Of a stretch of DNA of 64,000 nucleotides, positions 11,443-23,018 are shown piece after piece. A program made the position numbers and the translations under genes. Numbering within the stretch: position 1 is the stretch's first letter; each line of letters opens with the position of its first letter. Source of the stretch: an uncultured Planctomycetota bacterium (GTDB lineage: Bacteria; Planctomycetota; Planctomycetia; Isosphaerales; Isosphaeraceae); NCBI GenBank assembly GCA_963737655.1, contig CAVTTN010000002.1, positions 5,664,001 through 5,728,000 of the forward strand, given 5' to 3'. The notes beneath the pieces are model-generated. The model had not been told where the DNA came from and made no database searches. It saw nothing but the letters and a program-made list of their open reading frames with translations.

Positions 11443-12507
11443 ATGATCCATCCGATCCTCCTTTCGATCTCGCTGATGACGATGCCCGGGGGCGCCCCCG
11501 CCGATCGCCCGAAGGAGGTCTCGGCCGACGTCCCCCCGCCGCCGGGCGACCCTCGGGCCGATGAGGCGGTCCGCCGGGGGCTGGAGTTCCTCCGCTCGAC
11601 CCAGAAGCCCGGCGGGGCGTGGGAGTCGGGCGGGTTCGGCGAGGCCACGTCGGTCACGTCGCTGTCCGTGATGGCGTTCCTCGCCGCCGGCCACACGCCC
11701 GACGCCCCCGGCCCGTATCGCGAGGCGATCGAGCGAGGCGTCCGCTACGTCCTCAGGCAGCAGAAACCCAACGGCCTGCTGGTCTCGAACACCAGTCACG
11801 GGCCGATGTATTGTCACGGGATCAGCACGTTGATGCTGGCGGAGGTCGTCGGCATGGCCCCGGCGTCGGGCCTCTCGGCCGAGGTCCGGCCCGCCCTGAC
11901 CCGGGCGATCGGCCTCATCCTCAAGGCGCAGGCCCGGAAGAAGCCGAGGGAGCACGAGGGGGGCTGGCGATACCAGCCCGACAGCTTCGACAGCGACCTG
12001 AGCGTCACCGGCTGGCAGGTCATGGCGCTCCGGGCCGCCCGAGGGGCCGGCTGCGCCGTCCCGAGCGAGCCGATCGACCGCGCCGTCAATTACATCAAGC
12101 GCTGCGCCCACAAGGACCTGGGCGGGTTCGGCTATCAGCCCGGAGGGGGCCCGAACAACCCGAGGACCGGCACCGGCACGCTCGCCCTGGAGATCTGCGG
12201 GGACCACCTCTCGCCCGAGGCCGTCGCCGGCGCCGAATACCTGCTCAAGCATCCCCCGCAATGGCGATCCGACTACTTCTTCTACGAGGTCTACTACGCG
12301 CCCCAGGCCATGTTCCAGGTCGGCGACAAGTACTTCCAGGGATACTACCCGAAGCTGGTGAAGGTCCTGCTCGACCACCAGGACAAGGACGGGAGCTGGC
12401 TCTCCAACGACGGCCACGACCGCTCCGGAGGCCGCGCCTACTGCACGGCGACGGCCATCCTGGCGCTGGCGGTGGAGTATCGGTATCTGCCGATTTATCA
12501 GCGATAG
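11443..12507 (+). CDS. prenyltransferase/squalene oxidase repeat protein (secreted)
   Basis: QW-like repeats (QKPGGAW, QDKDGSW), MYCHGISTL, GGWRY..SDLSVTGWQVMAL, YLPIYQR C-terminus. Confidence 0.88.
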   Translation: MIHPILLSISLMTMPGGAPADRPKEVSADVPPPPGDPRADEAVRRGLEFLRSTQKPGGAWESGGFGEATSVTSLSVMAFLAAGHTPDAPGPYREAIERGVRYVLRQQKPNGLLVSNTSHGPMYCHGISTLMLAEVVGMAPASGLSAEVRPALTRAIGLILKAQARKKPREHEGGWRYQPDSFDSDLSVTGWQVMALRAARGAGCAVPSEPIDRAVNYIKRCAHKDLGGFGYQPGGGPNNPRTGTGTLALEICGDHLSPEAVAGAEYLLKHPPQWRSDYFFYEVYYAPQAMFQVGDKYFQGYYPKLVKVLLDHQDKDGSWLSNDGHDRSGGRAYCTATAILALAVEYRYLPIYQR

Positions 12508-12558
12508 GGGCCGTCACGCCGCGTCCCAGGCCGTCCAGGCCCCACCGTTGCGTTCGCT

Positions 12559-13008
12559 TTATCCGGCGTGGTTCATCAGCTCTTCATGGGACATATCCTT
12601 GATGTGCGTGGCGAAGTGCCAGGAATGGCCGAAGGGGTCGCGGAGCGAGGCCATGCGGTCGCCGTAGGGCTTGTCCTCGGCCGGGCTGGTCAGGGTCGCT
12701 CCGGCCTCGACGGCCCGGCTGGTCAGGGTGTCCACGTCCTCGACGTAGATCAGGAGGCTGACGGGCGAGCCTCCGAAGGCCCGGGGGCTCCGGCACTGGA
12801 TGTCCGGGTACTCGTCGGCCAGCATCAGGACCGCCCGGCCGATGCGGAACTCCGCGTGGCGGACCCGGCCCGAGGCGTCGAGCATCCGGTGGACCTCGGT
12901 CGCGCCGAAGGCGGCCTTGTAGAAGTCCAGGGCCTTCGCCGCCCCATCCACGATCAGGTACGGCACGGCCCCTTCGTATCCGTCGGGAATCGCCTTGACC
13001 TGGCCCAT
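12559..13008 (-). CDS. VOC/glyoxalase (PhnB-like) protein
   Basis: IPDGY..VPYLIV.GAA.ALDFYK.AFGA, HAE..IG, YGDR...DPFGH.W. Confidence 0.9.
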   Translation of the reverse strand: MGQVKAIPDGYEGAVPYLIVDGAAKALDFYKAAFGATEVHRMLDASGRVRHAEFRIGRAVLMLADEYPDIQCRSPRAFGGSPVSLLIYVEDVDTLTSRAVEAGATLTSPAEDKPYGDRMASLRDPFGHSWHFATHIKDMSHEELMNHAG

Positions 13009-13216
13009 GATCGCCCTCCCTCGCCCGGTTTGAGGCCCGGCCGCCCGGCCGAGGGCCCGGGGCCGTATGAATGTTCGTATAGGATTTCGGCCGATCGGGC
13101 GGGGGACTTCAACCGATCTCCCCGGCGGATCTTCGGGGCCGATGGCGCGCCCCTTGCCGCCTCGGTATAGACTGGACGGGGGGCGAGCTGGGTTGGCCCC
13201 GCGGAGAGGGGGGGCG

Positions 13217-14368
13217 ATGTCCGGTCCGAGGCAGGTCGGGGACTGGATCGGCGACCGCTTCGAGGTCTTCGAGGTCCACCTCGGCGGCATGGGGCTGGTC
13301 TACGTCGTCCACGACCACTTCGGCGACCACGGCCCCCCCCTGGTGGCGCTGAAGACCCTCCGCGATGAGTTCCTGGGGGACGACCACCGCCGGGCCCGGT
13401 TCGACGCCGAATGCCGGCTCTGGGCGAGGCTGGGCCACCACCCGAACATCGTCCACGCCCTGGGCGTCGAGGCGATCGACGGCAAGCCCCACGTGCTGAT
13501 GGAGCTGGTCCGGGGCGGCGACCTCCGCCGCTGGATCGGCACGCCCCGGCTGGATTTGCCCCGGGCCCTGGCCTTCGGCGTCCAGTTCTGCCTGGGGCTG
13601 GAGCACGCCGTCGAGCGGGGCCTGCGGTGCCACCGCGACGTCAAGCCCGGCAACCTGTTGATCGCCGCCGACGGCACGCTGAAGCTCACCGATTTCGGCC
13701 TGGCCAGCGTCCGGGACGAGATCCTCGCCGAGGAGATCGACGACCCGGACGCCCCGATCCCCCTGGACGCCGACGAACCGGAACCCCCGCCGCCCCCCGA
13801 GCCGGCCGACCCCGAGATCTCGTTCTCCGAGGCGCCGGTCGGCGGCTCGACGATCGAGGCGAGGCCGGCGGCCGTCGCGCCTCCGCCCGAGCCCGGCTCG
13901 ACGGTGATCGACGTCCCGGGCGAGCCGGCCTCGCCGTTCCAGACGACCTTGCCCCACGACCCCGGGCCGCTCGGGCCTCCCGGCGATTCGATGAGGCTCA
14001 CGCGGACCGGGCTCATGATCGGCACCCTCCCTTACATGGCCCCCGAGCAGTTCGTGGATTCCAAGGCGGCCGACGTCCGGGCGGACATCTATGGATTCGG
14101 CGTGGTCCTCCACGAGATGATCGTCGGCGAGCTGCCGTTCCGGGGGCGGACCCTGGCCATGCTCCGCCGCCAGCACACGAGGTACGAGGCCCCCTCGGTC
14201 CGCCCGGCGATCCCCCGGAAGTTCGCCAAGGCGGCCGGGGAGGTCGAGGAGCTCGTCGCCCGCTGCCTGAGGAAGGAGCCCGACGACCGATTCCCGACGG
14301 TCCTGGCGCTCCGCAAGGCCCTGATCAAGGCCCTGAGGCGGACCGGGCCCTCCTCGAACCGGAAGTGA
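13217..14368 (+). CDS. Hanks-type serine/threonine protein kinase
   Basis: GGMGLVY, VALKT, HPNIV, HRDVKPGN, DFG, YMAPE, DIYGFG. Confidence 0.92.
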   Translation: MSGPRQVGDWIGDRFEVFEVHLGGMGLVYVVHDHFGDHGPPLVALKTLRDEFLGDDHRRARFDAECRLWARLGHHPNIVHALGVEAIDGKPHVLMELVRGGDLRRWIGTPRLDLPRALAFGVQFCLGLEHAVERGLRCHRDVKPGNLLIAADGTLKLTDFGLASVRDEILAEEIDDPDAPIPLDADEPEPPPPPEPADPEISFSEAPVGGSTIEARPAAVAPPPEPGSTVIDVPGEPASPFQTTLPHDPGPLGPPGDSMRLTRTGLMIGTLPYMAPEQFVDSKAADVRADIYGFGVVLHEMIVGELPFRGRTLAMLRRQHTRYEAPSVRPAIPRKFAKAAGEVEELVARCLRKEPDDRFPTVLALRKALIKALRRTGPSSNRK

Positions 14369-14561
14369 CCGGGGCGCGGGATATTACAGATATTCCGGCA
14401 TGCGAATTGCCGAACCTCTCCCCGATGTCCCGGATCTCGGGGCATCCCCCGCCTTCGCGGAATCCGTTCGCGGCCAGGGCCCACCGGGTCGTCGGGCCCG
14501 CGCCTCGCGATCGTCCGGGCCTCGCCCGGAGCGTCCCCGATCCGCACCAGGAGACCGATCC

Positions 14562-16202
14562 ATGAGACTCCGCCCCGCGATCGACGCCCGCCGCCCCACG
14601 CTCGCCCGCCTCCGCCGAGTGACGCTCCGCCCGGCGGTCGAATCGCTGGAAGACCGCACGGTCCTCTCGGTGGCCGTGGCGCCCCACGTCCCCCACGAGG
14701 CGGCCCTCGTCGCCGCCCCGGCGCCGACGCCCTCGCCCGCCCATCACCGGGTCGCCCCGGAGGCCGCCGCCGTCGCCCATCCCCACCGCCAGGCGAAAGC
14801 CCTCCACGCCGAGGCCGCCACGAAGAAGGCCGCCCATAAGGCCAAGACGCCCGCCGCCCACACGGCCAGGACGACCCACCACAAGACGAAGAAGGGCGCG
14901 GCGAGCACCGGCACCACCCCGGGCACCGGCACCTCGACGACGCCCACCTCGACCGCGCCCCCCGCCCCCACCGCGACTTCGACCGCGCCCACCTCGACCT
15001 CGACCGCGCCCACCTCGACCGCGCCCACCTCGACCGCGCCCACCTCGACCCCCTCGGCGACCGATCCGACGGTCCTCCAGGTGCAGCTCAACCCGATCGA
15101 CCTGAACCTCCTGGGCCTGGAGGTCAAGCTCTACGGCCAGGACGTGAACAGCCCGGTCACGGTGACCGTCTCGGCGCAGTCGGGCAGCGGGCAACTGCTG
15201 GGGAACCTGCTCTCGGACGTCTCGAACCTGGTGAACCTCCAGGGCGTGAACTCGGCCTTGAATAACGTCCTGGGCAACGTGATCACCCTGGTGGACCAGA
15301 GCGCGTTGCAAGTCAACGGCGTGACCGGCGCCACCGGATCGCCCACCAGCACCACGCCCGTGCTCGACGCGTTCGTGGCGCCCGTGCACCTGGACCTCCT
15401 CGGCGCCGTGGTGGACACCAGCCCGATCCATCTCCAGATCCTCGCCCACGCCGGCTCGGGCCTGGTCCTGGGCAACATCCTGACCGACGTGGCCAACCTC
15501 CTGAACACCCCGCCGAAGAACGGCAAGCTCACGATCAAATATGTCGAGCAGCAGCTCGGCACCCTCCTGAACGAGCTGAACGCCCAGCTCCCGAACATCC
15601 CCAGCGCCCCGACCACCCCGGTCACCCCTCCGGCCGGGACCGACCGCATCCTCAGCCTGGTCCTCCCGCCGATCAACCTGAACCTGCTCGGCCTGGTCCT
15701 CCAGACCAGCACGATCCAGGTGAACGCCGACGCGCAGTCGGGCAACGGCCAGTTGCTCGGCAACTTGCTGGTGGACGTCCTGAACACGCTGGACGCCTCG
15801 CAGAGCGACCTGGACCAGATCAACTCGGAGCTCAACGGCGTCCTGGCGAAGGTCGTCGGGGTCCTGAACGCGACGACCTTGACGCTGCCGACCGGGGCGG
15901 TCCAGGGCCTGTCGGCCCCCCTCCAGCAGCTCGCCTCGCCCACGCTGATCAACACCTCGGGCAACACCGTCCCGCCCGAGCAGGTCCTGAACCTGATCGT
16001 CGCCTCGAACACCTCCAGCGCCCCTCCGGTGGACGTGAACCTGCTGGGCGTGGTGGTGACGACCAGCAACATCCAGGCGCAGCTCCTGGCCGAGCCCGGC
16101 GACGGCCAGGTCCTGGGCAACCTCGTGTACAACGTCTCCCACCTGCTCGACCCGGGCGGCCTGCTGAGCGTCCTGACCCTGCTGAACTCGCTGAGCCTCT
16201 GA
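14562..16202 (+). CDS. planctomycete extracellular protein with Thr/Pro-rich linker and four repeated Leu/Asn-rich domains
   Basis: RPAVESLEDRTVLS export motif; four (P/N)PxxLxLLG...GxxLGN(L/I) units. Confidence 0.75.
   Translation: MRLRPAIDARRPTLARLRRVTLRPAVESLEDRTVLSVAVAPHVPHEAALVAAPAPTPSPAHHRVAPEAAAVAHPHRQAKALHAEAATKKAAHKAKTPAAHTARTTHHKTKKGAASTGTTPGTGTSTTPTSTAPPAPTATSTAPTSTSTAPTSTAPTSTAPTSTPSATDPTVLQVQLNPIDLNLLGLEVKLYGQDVNSPVTVTVSAQSGSGQLLGNLLSDVSNLVNLQGVNSALNNVLGNVITLVDQSALQVNGVTGATGSPTSTTPVLDAFVAPVHLDLLGAVVDTSPIHLQILAHAGSGLVLGNILTDVANLLNTPPKNGKLTIKYVEQQLGTLLNELNAQLPNIPSAPTTPVTPPAGTDRILSLVLPPINLNLLGLVLQTSTIQVNADAQSGNGQLLGNLLVDVLNTLDASQSDLDQINSELNGVLAKVVGVLNATTLTLPTGAVQGLSAPLQQLASPTLINTSGNTVPPEQVLNLIVASNTSSAPPVDVNLLGVVVTTSNIQAQLLAEPGDGQVLGNLVYNVSHLLDPGGLLSVLTLLNSLSL
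14943..15050 (+). repeat. 15-bp coding tandem repeat (CCCACCTCGACCGCG, PTSTA)
   Basis: Several direct copies visible. Confidence 0.8.
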
Positions 16203-16310
16203 GGGCCGCCCCCCTGCCCTTCCCGGGCCGGTCCGTGCGATACTGCGACGAGGCGGCGCCTCGACGAAGGCGCCGCCTCGTCCCGCCCGATCGCCCCGGA
16301 CCCGCCCCGA

Positions 16311-17393
16311 ATGCTCTTCCTCCTCCGCCTGATGCTCGCCCGGACCCTCTTCCACCCGTTGGAAGGCGTGACCTTCGGCCGATGGCTCCGCCTCCTCCGC
16401 CGCGAGCGGTTCCGCGTCTCCCCGTCGTGCGTCCCCAGGGCGCTCTGGGTGACCGCCATGAGCCTGGTCAACTCCCCGGCGGCCCGCGCCGTCGACCGGA
16501 GGTTCGGCCGCGAGATCGACGCTGCTCACGTCGAGGCGCCGATCTTCATCCTCGGCCATTACCGGAGCGGGACGACCTATCTCCATGAGCTGATGGCCAC
16601 CGACCCGAGGTTCGCCTCGCCTTCGCGCTTCCAGACCTACAACCCCAGCACCTTCCTCGCCACCGAGCGATGGCTCGGCCCGATCGTCGAGCCGTTCATG
16701 CTGCCCCGGAGGGTCCAGGAAGACGAGATCGCCCCGTTGAACCTCGGCGGCCTCTCGCCCTACATGGACTGGTGCTTCCCCGATAGCCCCGTTGGTTATG
16801 AACGCTTCCTCACATTCGGCGACGCCTCGCCCGAGGAGCGCGCCGAGTGGTCGGCCGAGTTCTCGCGATTCCTGAAGATGCTCACGATCCGACATCGCAG
16901 GCCGTTGATCCTGAAATCGCCGCCGCACACCGCGAGGGCCGGCCTCCTCCTGGACCTCTTCCCCGACGCCCGGTTCGTCCACATCCGCCGAGACCCGTTC
17001 GCCGTGTTCGTCTCGACGATCGGCCTCCTCAAGGCCCTCCGCCCGGTCTTCCAGCTCCGAAGGTGGCCGAGGGAGATCGACGTGGACGCGGTCCTGAAGA
17101 CGTATCGAGTCATGTACGACTCCTATTTCCAGGATCGCGAGCGCATCCCGCCCCGCCAGCTCGTGGAGATCGCCTACGAGGACCTGGAGCGCGACCCGAT
17201 CGGCCAACTGAGGGTCATCTACGACGGCCTCGCCCTGCCCGACTTCGAGGCCGTCCGCCCGGCGATCGAGGCGTATATCGCCTCGATCGCCGGATACCAG
17301 AAGAACCGGCACCCGAAGATCGACGACGCCACGAGAAGGCGAATCGTCGCCGCCTGGTCCCGCACCTTCGACGAATGGGGCTACCCGCGATGA
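16311..17393 (+). CDS. sulfotransferase family protein
   Basis: PAPS-binding PIFILGHYRSGTTYLH, LKSPPHT, FVHIRRDP, YEDL. Confidence 0.9.
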   Translation: MLFLLRLMLARTLFHPLEGVTFGRWLRLLRRERFRVSPSCVPRALWVTAMSLVNSPAARAVDRRFGREIDAAHVEAPIFILGHYRSGTTYLHELMATDPRFASPSRFQTYNPSTFLATERWLGPIVEPFMLPRRVQEDEIAPLNLGGLSPYMDWCFPDSPVGYERFLTFGDASPEERAEWSAEFSRFLKMLTIRHRRPLILKSPPHTARAGLLLDLFPDARFVHIRRDPFAVFVSTIGLLKALRPVFQLRRWPREIDVDAVLKTYRVMYDSYFQDRERIPPRQLVEIAYEDLERDPIGQLRVIYDGLALPDFEAVRPAIEAYIASIAGYQKNRHPKIDDATRRRIVAAWSRTFDEWGYPR

Positions 17394-17400
17394 TCGAGGG

Positions 17401-18009
17401 TCAGGCCCGAGGGGTCAGAGCCTCGACCACATCGACAGAGAAGCCCGGGAGCAAGGCCGACTCGATCCGCCCGCCCCGCTCCGCCTCGCCATACGCGCCG
17501 CCTTCGAGCCTCAGGACGCTGATCCCGCCCATCATCGGGTCGATAATCCAGCACTCGGGGATGCCGGCGCGGGCATACTCCGAGCGCTTCACCTCCAAAT
17601 CGTGGCGGCGGTCCTCGCTGACGACCTCGATGACCAGGTCCGCCCCCTCCCAGAACTGCTCGCCCATCCTCTTGGCGTGTTCGGAGAGCATGAAGAAGAC
17701 GTCGGGCTCGCGGTACTTGCCGGGCCAGAGCCGGACCTTCATCCCCGCGATCAACGTGGTGCCCAGGCCCCTCGGGACGGCGAACGCCTTCAGCGACTCA
17801 TAGAGGAATAGCAAGATCATCTGATGAGTCATCATCGGCATGGGGAGGACCTCGACGAAGCCGTCCGAGAACTCGATCAGGCGATTCGTCCGGGCGCTCA
17901 GGGTGAAGTATTCCTCTTCGCTCCAGTGACCCTGGTTCGGGTAGAGCCGCGCGATCTCCCACGCCGGCTCGCCGAGGGTCCGGGTCGTCCGGTCCGGTGC
18001 GATGCTCAT
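17401..18009 (-). CDS. Uma2 family endonuclease
   Basis: IEFSDG, HQ, REPDV, ADLVIEVVS, KRSEYARAGIPECWIIDP. Confidence 0.9.
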   Translation of the reverse strand: MSIAPDRTTRTLGEPAWEIARLYPNQGHWSEEEYFTLSARTNRLIEFSDGFVEVLPMPMMTHQMILLFLYESLKAFAVPRGLGTTLIAGMKVRLWPGKYREPDVFFMLSEHAKRMGEQFWEGADLVIEVVSEDRRHDLEVKRSEYARAGIPECWIIDPMMGGISVLRLEGGAYGEAERGGRIESALLPGFSVDVVEALTPRA

Positions 18010-18073
18010 CAGCCTTCCCCCTCGAACGAGGCGGGCCGGGCGGTCGGGCCCGGCCCACTTCGTCGATCGATGT

Positions 18074-19967
<1,894 letters not shown>

Positions 19968-19968
19968 C

Positions 19969-20235
19969 TCATCCCCCTCGCAACTCGTCGGACAGGGACC
20001 GGCCGAGGTAGTCGTCATGCCTCTCCGCCGCGTCGGGGACGTCCGAATCGACCGCGCCGATCCACTTCAGGAGCGGGTCTCGATCCGCCTCCGGGCGACC
20101 GGCCGACCCCTTCGCGACCGAATCTTCCAGGTACTGGGCCGCCAGGGCCTCGGGCGTGGTCCCCTCCCGGCTCGACTCGCGACGGAGGCGCTCGAAGAGG
20201 TCGTCGGGGACCTCGATGGTCAAGGTCGCTGACAT
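19969..20235 (-). CDS. putative antitoxin (RHH-like) partner of the PIN toxin
   Basis: TLTIEVPDDL N-terminus, DPLLKWIG...AERHDDYL; directly upstream of the PIN gene. Confidence 0.8.
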   Translation of the reverse strand: MSATLTIEVPDDLFERLRRESSREGTTPEALAAQYLEDSVAKGSAGRPEADRDPLLKWIGAVDSDVPDAAERHDDYLGRSLSDELRGG

Positions 20236-20305
20236 GTCCACGTCCCCGCTCGGGCCATCAATCCCTCGAAGAGCGTACACGGCCCGACCCGAAGCGTCCA
20301 GGCCC

Positions 20306-21052
20306 TCACCCCCCGGCGATCACCTCGCGCCACCGGCGGGGGACGGCCTCCCACGCCGCCGAATACGTCGCTTCCAACGGCGCCGGGACCCACGCGCCGG
20401 GCCGGAGGAACAGGGGCATCGGCGGCAGGACGTCCCCCACCGCGATCGGCTCGACGAACGCCCGGAGCGACGGCCCCGACTCATACGCCGCCACGGTCAA
20501 CGGCTGGTCGATCGGGGCCAGATACGCCTCCCCGGCCACGTCGTCCCAGATCCGCCCGTGAATCCCCTGAGGGTCTCGCGACGACGGCGGCTGCAAGTCC
20601 ACAATCAACAAGTGAACACCGATCGACAGAATCCTCGCCGCCTTCGTGACGAAATCGTCCATCGCCTGACGGCTCGGCTTGTTCCCCCGGGAGACGATCT
20701 CCACCACGGCCACCAGCTCATGCCCCGAGGCATGCCGGACGGCCACCACGTTCTGCTTCCTCCGATAGAATTCCAGGTCGGATTCCGCCCGAATCCGGGC
20801 CTGGGGCTCGGCCAAGCAGAGCGTCCCGCCCGCTACCGGCCGGGGATCGGGGTCCGAAGGGCCGTCCGAGTTCCTCCGAAGGCGAAAGGCTCCGAAATCG
20901 GCGGCGAAGACCGAGCCGAGCCGCTCGGCCATCGCATAGTGATCTGCAGGCAGGAGTCCGCCATTCAGGGCGCGGAGGATCGCCACGGACCACGAGAGGC
21001 GGAAGCCATGGAAGACCCCCGCATCAACTCGCGACCAATCATGGACCGGCAT
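20306..21052 (-). CDS. DUF4058 family protein (planctomycete PD-(D/E)XK-like)
   Basis: MPVHDWSRVDAG.FH, VAVVEIVSRGNK, GVHLLIVD, LP.MPLFL, LEATY. Confidence 0.82.
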   Translation of the reverse strand: MPVHDWSRVDAGVFHGFRLSWSVAILRALNGGLLPADHYAMAERLGSVFAADFGAFRLRRNSDGPSDPDPRPVAGGTLCLAEPQARIRAESDLEFYRRKQNVVAVRHASGHELVAVVEIVSRGNKPSRQAMDDFVTKAARILSIGVHLLIVDLQPPSSRDPQGIHGRIWDDVAGEAYLAPIDQPLTVAAYESGPSLRAFVEPIAVGDVLPPMPLFLRPGAWVPAPLEATYSAAWEAVPRRWREVIAGG

Positions 21053-21280
21053 GGAAGACCTCCGAAAACCCCGCCCCCGGGCCGCCCCTCGGCCATTGTA
21101 CCGGACGCCTCGGCGGCGGTCGTCGGGCCGGGCCTCGCGATCCTAGTAATCCGCCCGATTTCGCTTGACGGCCCCTTCGACGGCCCCTTAACATCCAAAT
21201 CCGTCGATCGCCGTTGCGTCCGGTCGGGGCCTGGCCATCAGGGGCCGCCGACCATGCATGAAGGGGGACCGGGATCGCCC

Positions 21281-21775
21281 ATGAGGACGTGCCTGCGCCT
21301 GGGATCGCTCGGCTTCCTGGCCGTCTCGGTCGCGTGCTTGGTCCTGGGGGTCCGCGCCTCGGCCCGGGGCCGAGACCCGGGCTTGCCTTCGCTCCGGCTC
21401 CGCGAAGGGGTGAGGAACTTCGGCCAGTTGCCCGAGGGCGGCAAGATGCGCCTGGCGTTCCGCCTGATCAACGAGGGGGACGTCCCTCGCCACGTCCTGG
21501 GGGCCGGCGCCTCCTGCGGCAATCTTGGATGCGTCGGGCTGCGCTCGCCTGCCAGCTTCCGATTCGAGGTCCCGCCGCGGAGTCATCGCGACCTCGAGGT
21601 CGAGGTCACCGCCCGCAAGGCTGGCGCGCTGGAGGAATCCATGGCGCTGTTCACCGACGATCCCGGGCAATTCGAGGTCCGGCTGACCGTCCGGGGCCGG
21701 GTGGTCCCCGCCTCGGCCCAGGGCCCCGGCCCCCTGTCTCTCTCCGTCGCCCCGGGAGCGAACCCGTCGGGCTGA
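21281..21775 (+). CDS. DUF1573-like Ig-fold protein
   Basis: NFG...FRLIN.G...SCGNLGC...PP...LTVRGRV. Confidence 0.65.
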   Translation: MRTCLRLGSLGFLAVSVACLVLGVRASARGRDPGLPSLRLREGVRNFGQLPEGGKMRLAFRLINEGDVPRHVLGAGASCGNLGCVGLRSPASFRFEVPPRSHRDLEVEVTARKAGALEESMALFTDDPGQFEVRLTVRGRVVPASAQGPGPLSLSVAPGANPSG

Positions 21776-21825
21776 CCGGCCGGACCGAATCCGACCCGAC
21801 CTCGAACCGATCCCAGGCCTCATCG

Positions 21826-22902
21826 ATGTCCCACCTCGCCTTGTTGCTGATGATCGCCGCCTCCCCTCAAGACCCGGCCCCCGAGCCTCAGGGCCATCCG
21901 GTGGGCGCCGAGGAGGCGCGCCGGGTCGAGGCCGAGTTCGTCCGGGGGATCGGGCGCGTGGAGGCGTTCTTCTCCCAGGTCGTCGGCTCGGGCACGTTCC
22001 GCGAGTTCAACCGGCCGGTCCAGGGGCCGAGGGGGAACCGGGTGCCCGTCCCGGGCGCCCCGGAGACGCTCCGGACTTCGTTCGTGCTCGACTACTGGTA
22101 CCGAGGCGAGCTGAGGAAGAGGGTGCTGAGGCCCCGGCCGCCGGCCCCGGGCGCCCCGGCGTCGAAGTCGCGGATCTTGATCGAATGCTCCGGCCCCCGC
22201 TACTCCTTCTGGCTCCACAAGAGCCCCGAGGACGGCTCGCTGACGATCCGGGGCGTCGGCCGGGGGGACGACATCACCGAGGTCTTCCGCAGGAGCGTCC
22301 TCGAGAAGACCAACGGCCCGTTCGCCGTCGGCGGGATCGCCTTCTCGGAGGTCATGGCCGACCCCAGCTTCGGCTTCAAGGCGGTCGAGACGCTCGACGG
22401 CGAGCCGGTGCGATACAAGATCTCCTATCGATTCCACCCGGAGGGGAAGCTGGTCTATCGCGACGGCTGGGTCGTCGTCCGGCCGGACCGGAACTGGTCG
22501 ATCCAGTCCTTCGGCCTGGAGGCCGACCGGCCCGCCGACGGCAAGCGCCTCACGGATTACATGCGAGGCGAGACCGAATACGGGCCCGTCCAGGACGGCT
22601 TCGCCCTGCCCACGAAGACGAACATCCTGACCATGGGGATGCTCCGCCGGGAGTTCGTCTTCGACGCGATCCGCCACGAGGTGCTGCCCGATCGCGAGTT
22701 CACCCTGTCGGCCTACGGCCTGCCCGAGCCCGACGCCCCGGCGGCGAGGCCGTCGAGGCGTCCGGGCGCCTCGACCCCGTACTTCGCGGCGGCCACGGCC
22801 TCGCTCGCGGTCGCTTTGCTCCTGGCCTGGCAAGCCCATCGGATCGGGCCCCGCAAGCCCCCGGAACCGATCGCCTCGCTCGCCTCCGGGGCCGGGGCCT
22901 GA
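21826..22902 (+). CDS. hypothetical exported protein with C-terminal TM
   Basis: Signal-like N-terminus, EFTLSAYGLPEP motif, C-terminal hydrophobic helix. Confidence 0.65.
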   Translation: MSHLALLLMIAASPQDPAPEPQGHPVGAEEARRVEAEFVRGIGRVEAFFSQVVGSGTFREFNRPVQGPRGNRVPVPGAPETLRTSFVLDYWYRGELRKRVLRPRPPAPGAPASKSRILIECSGPRYSFWLHKSPEDGSLTIRGVGRGDDITEVFRRSVLEKTNGPFAVGGIAFSEVMADPSFGFKAVETLDGEPVRYKISYRFHPEGKLVYRDGWVVVRPDRNWSIQSFGLEADRPADGKRLTDYMRGETEYGPVQDGFALPTKTNILTMGMLRREFVFDAIRHEVLPDREFTLSAYGLPEPDAPAARPSRRPGASTPYFAAATASLAVALLLAWQAHRIGPRKPPEPIASLASGAGA

Positions 22903-22911
22903 TCACCTGAA

Positions 22912-22997
22912 CGCTTTTTGCCTTCGTAGGTCAGGCCTCGGCCTGCCGTCTCGGGGCCAGCTCGGCAGGCCGAGGCCTGCCCTACGAAAAAAAAGCG
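22912..22997. repeat. GTAG-type REP inverted doublet
   Basis: GTAGGTCAGGCCTCGGCCTGCC ... GGCAGGCCGAGGCCTGCCCTAC, flanked by CGCTTTTT/AAAAAGCG. Confidence 0.8.
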
Positions 22998-23018
22998 CTC
23001 GGACTAACCGGCTCGGCC

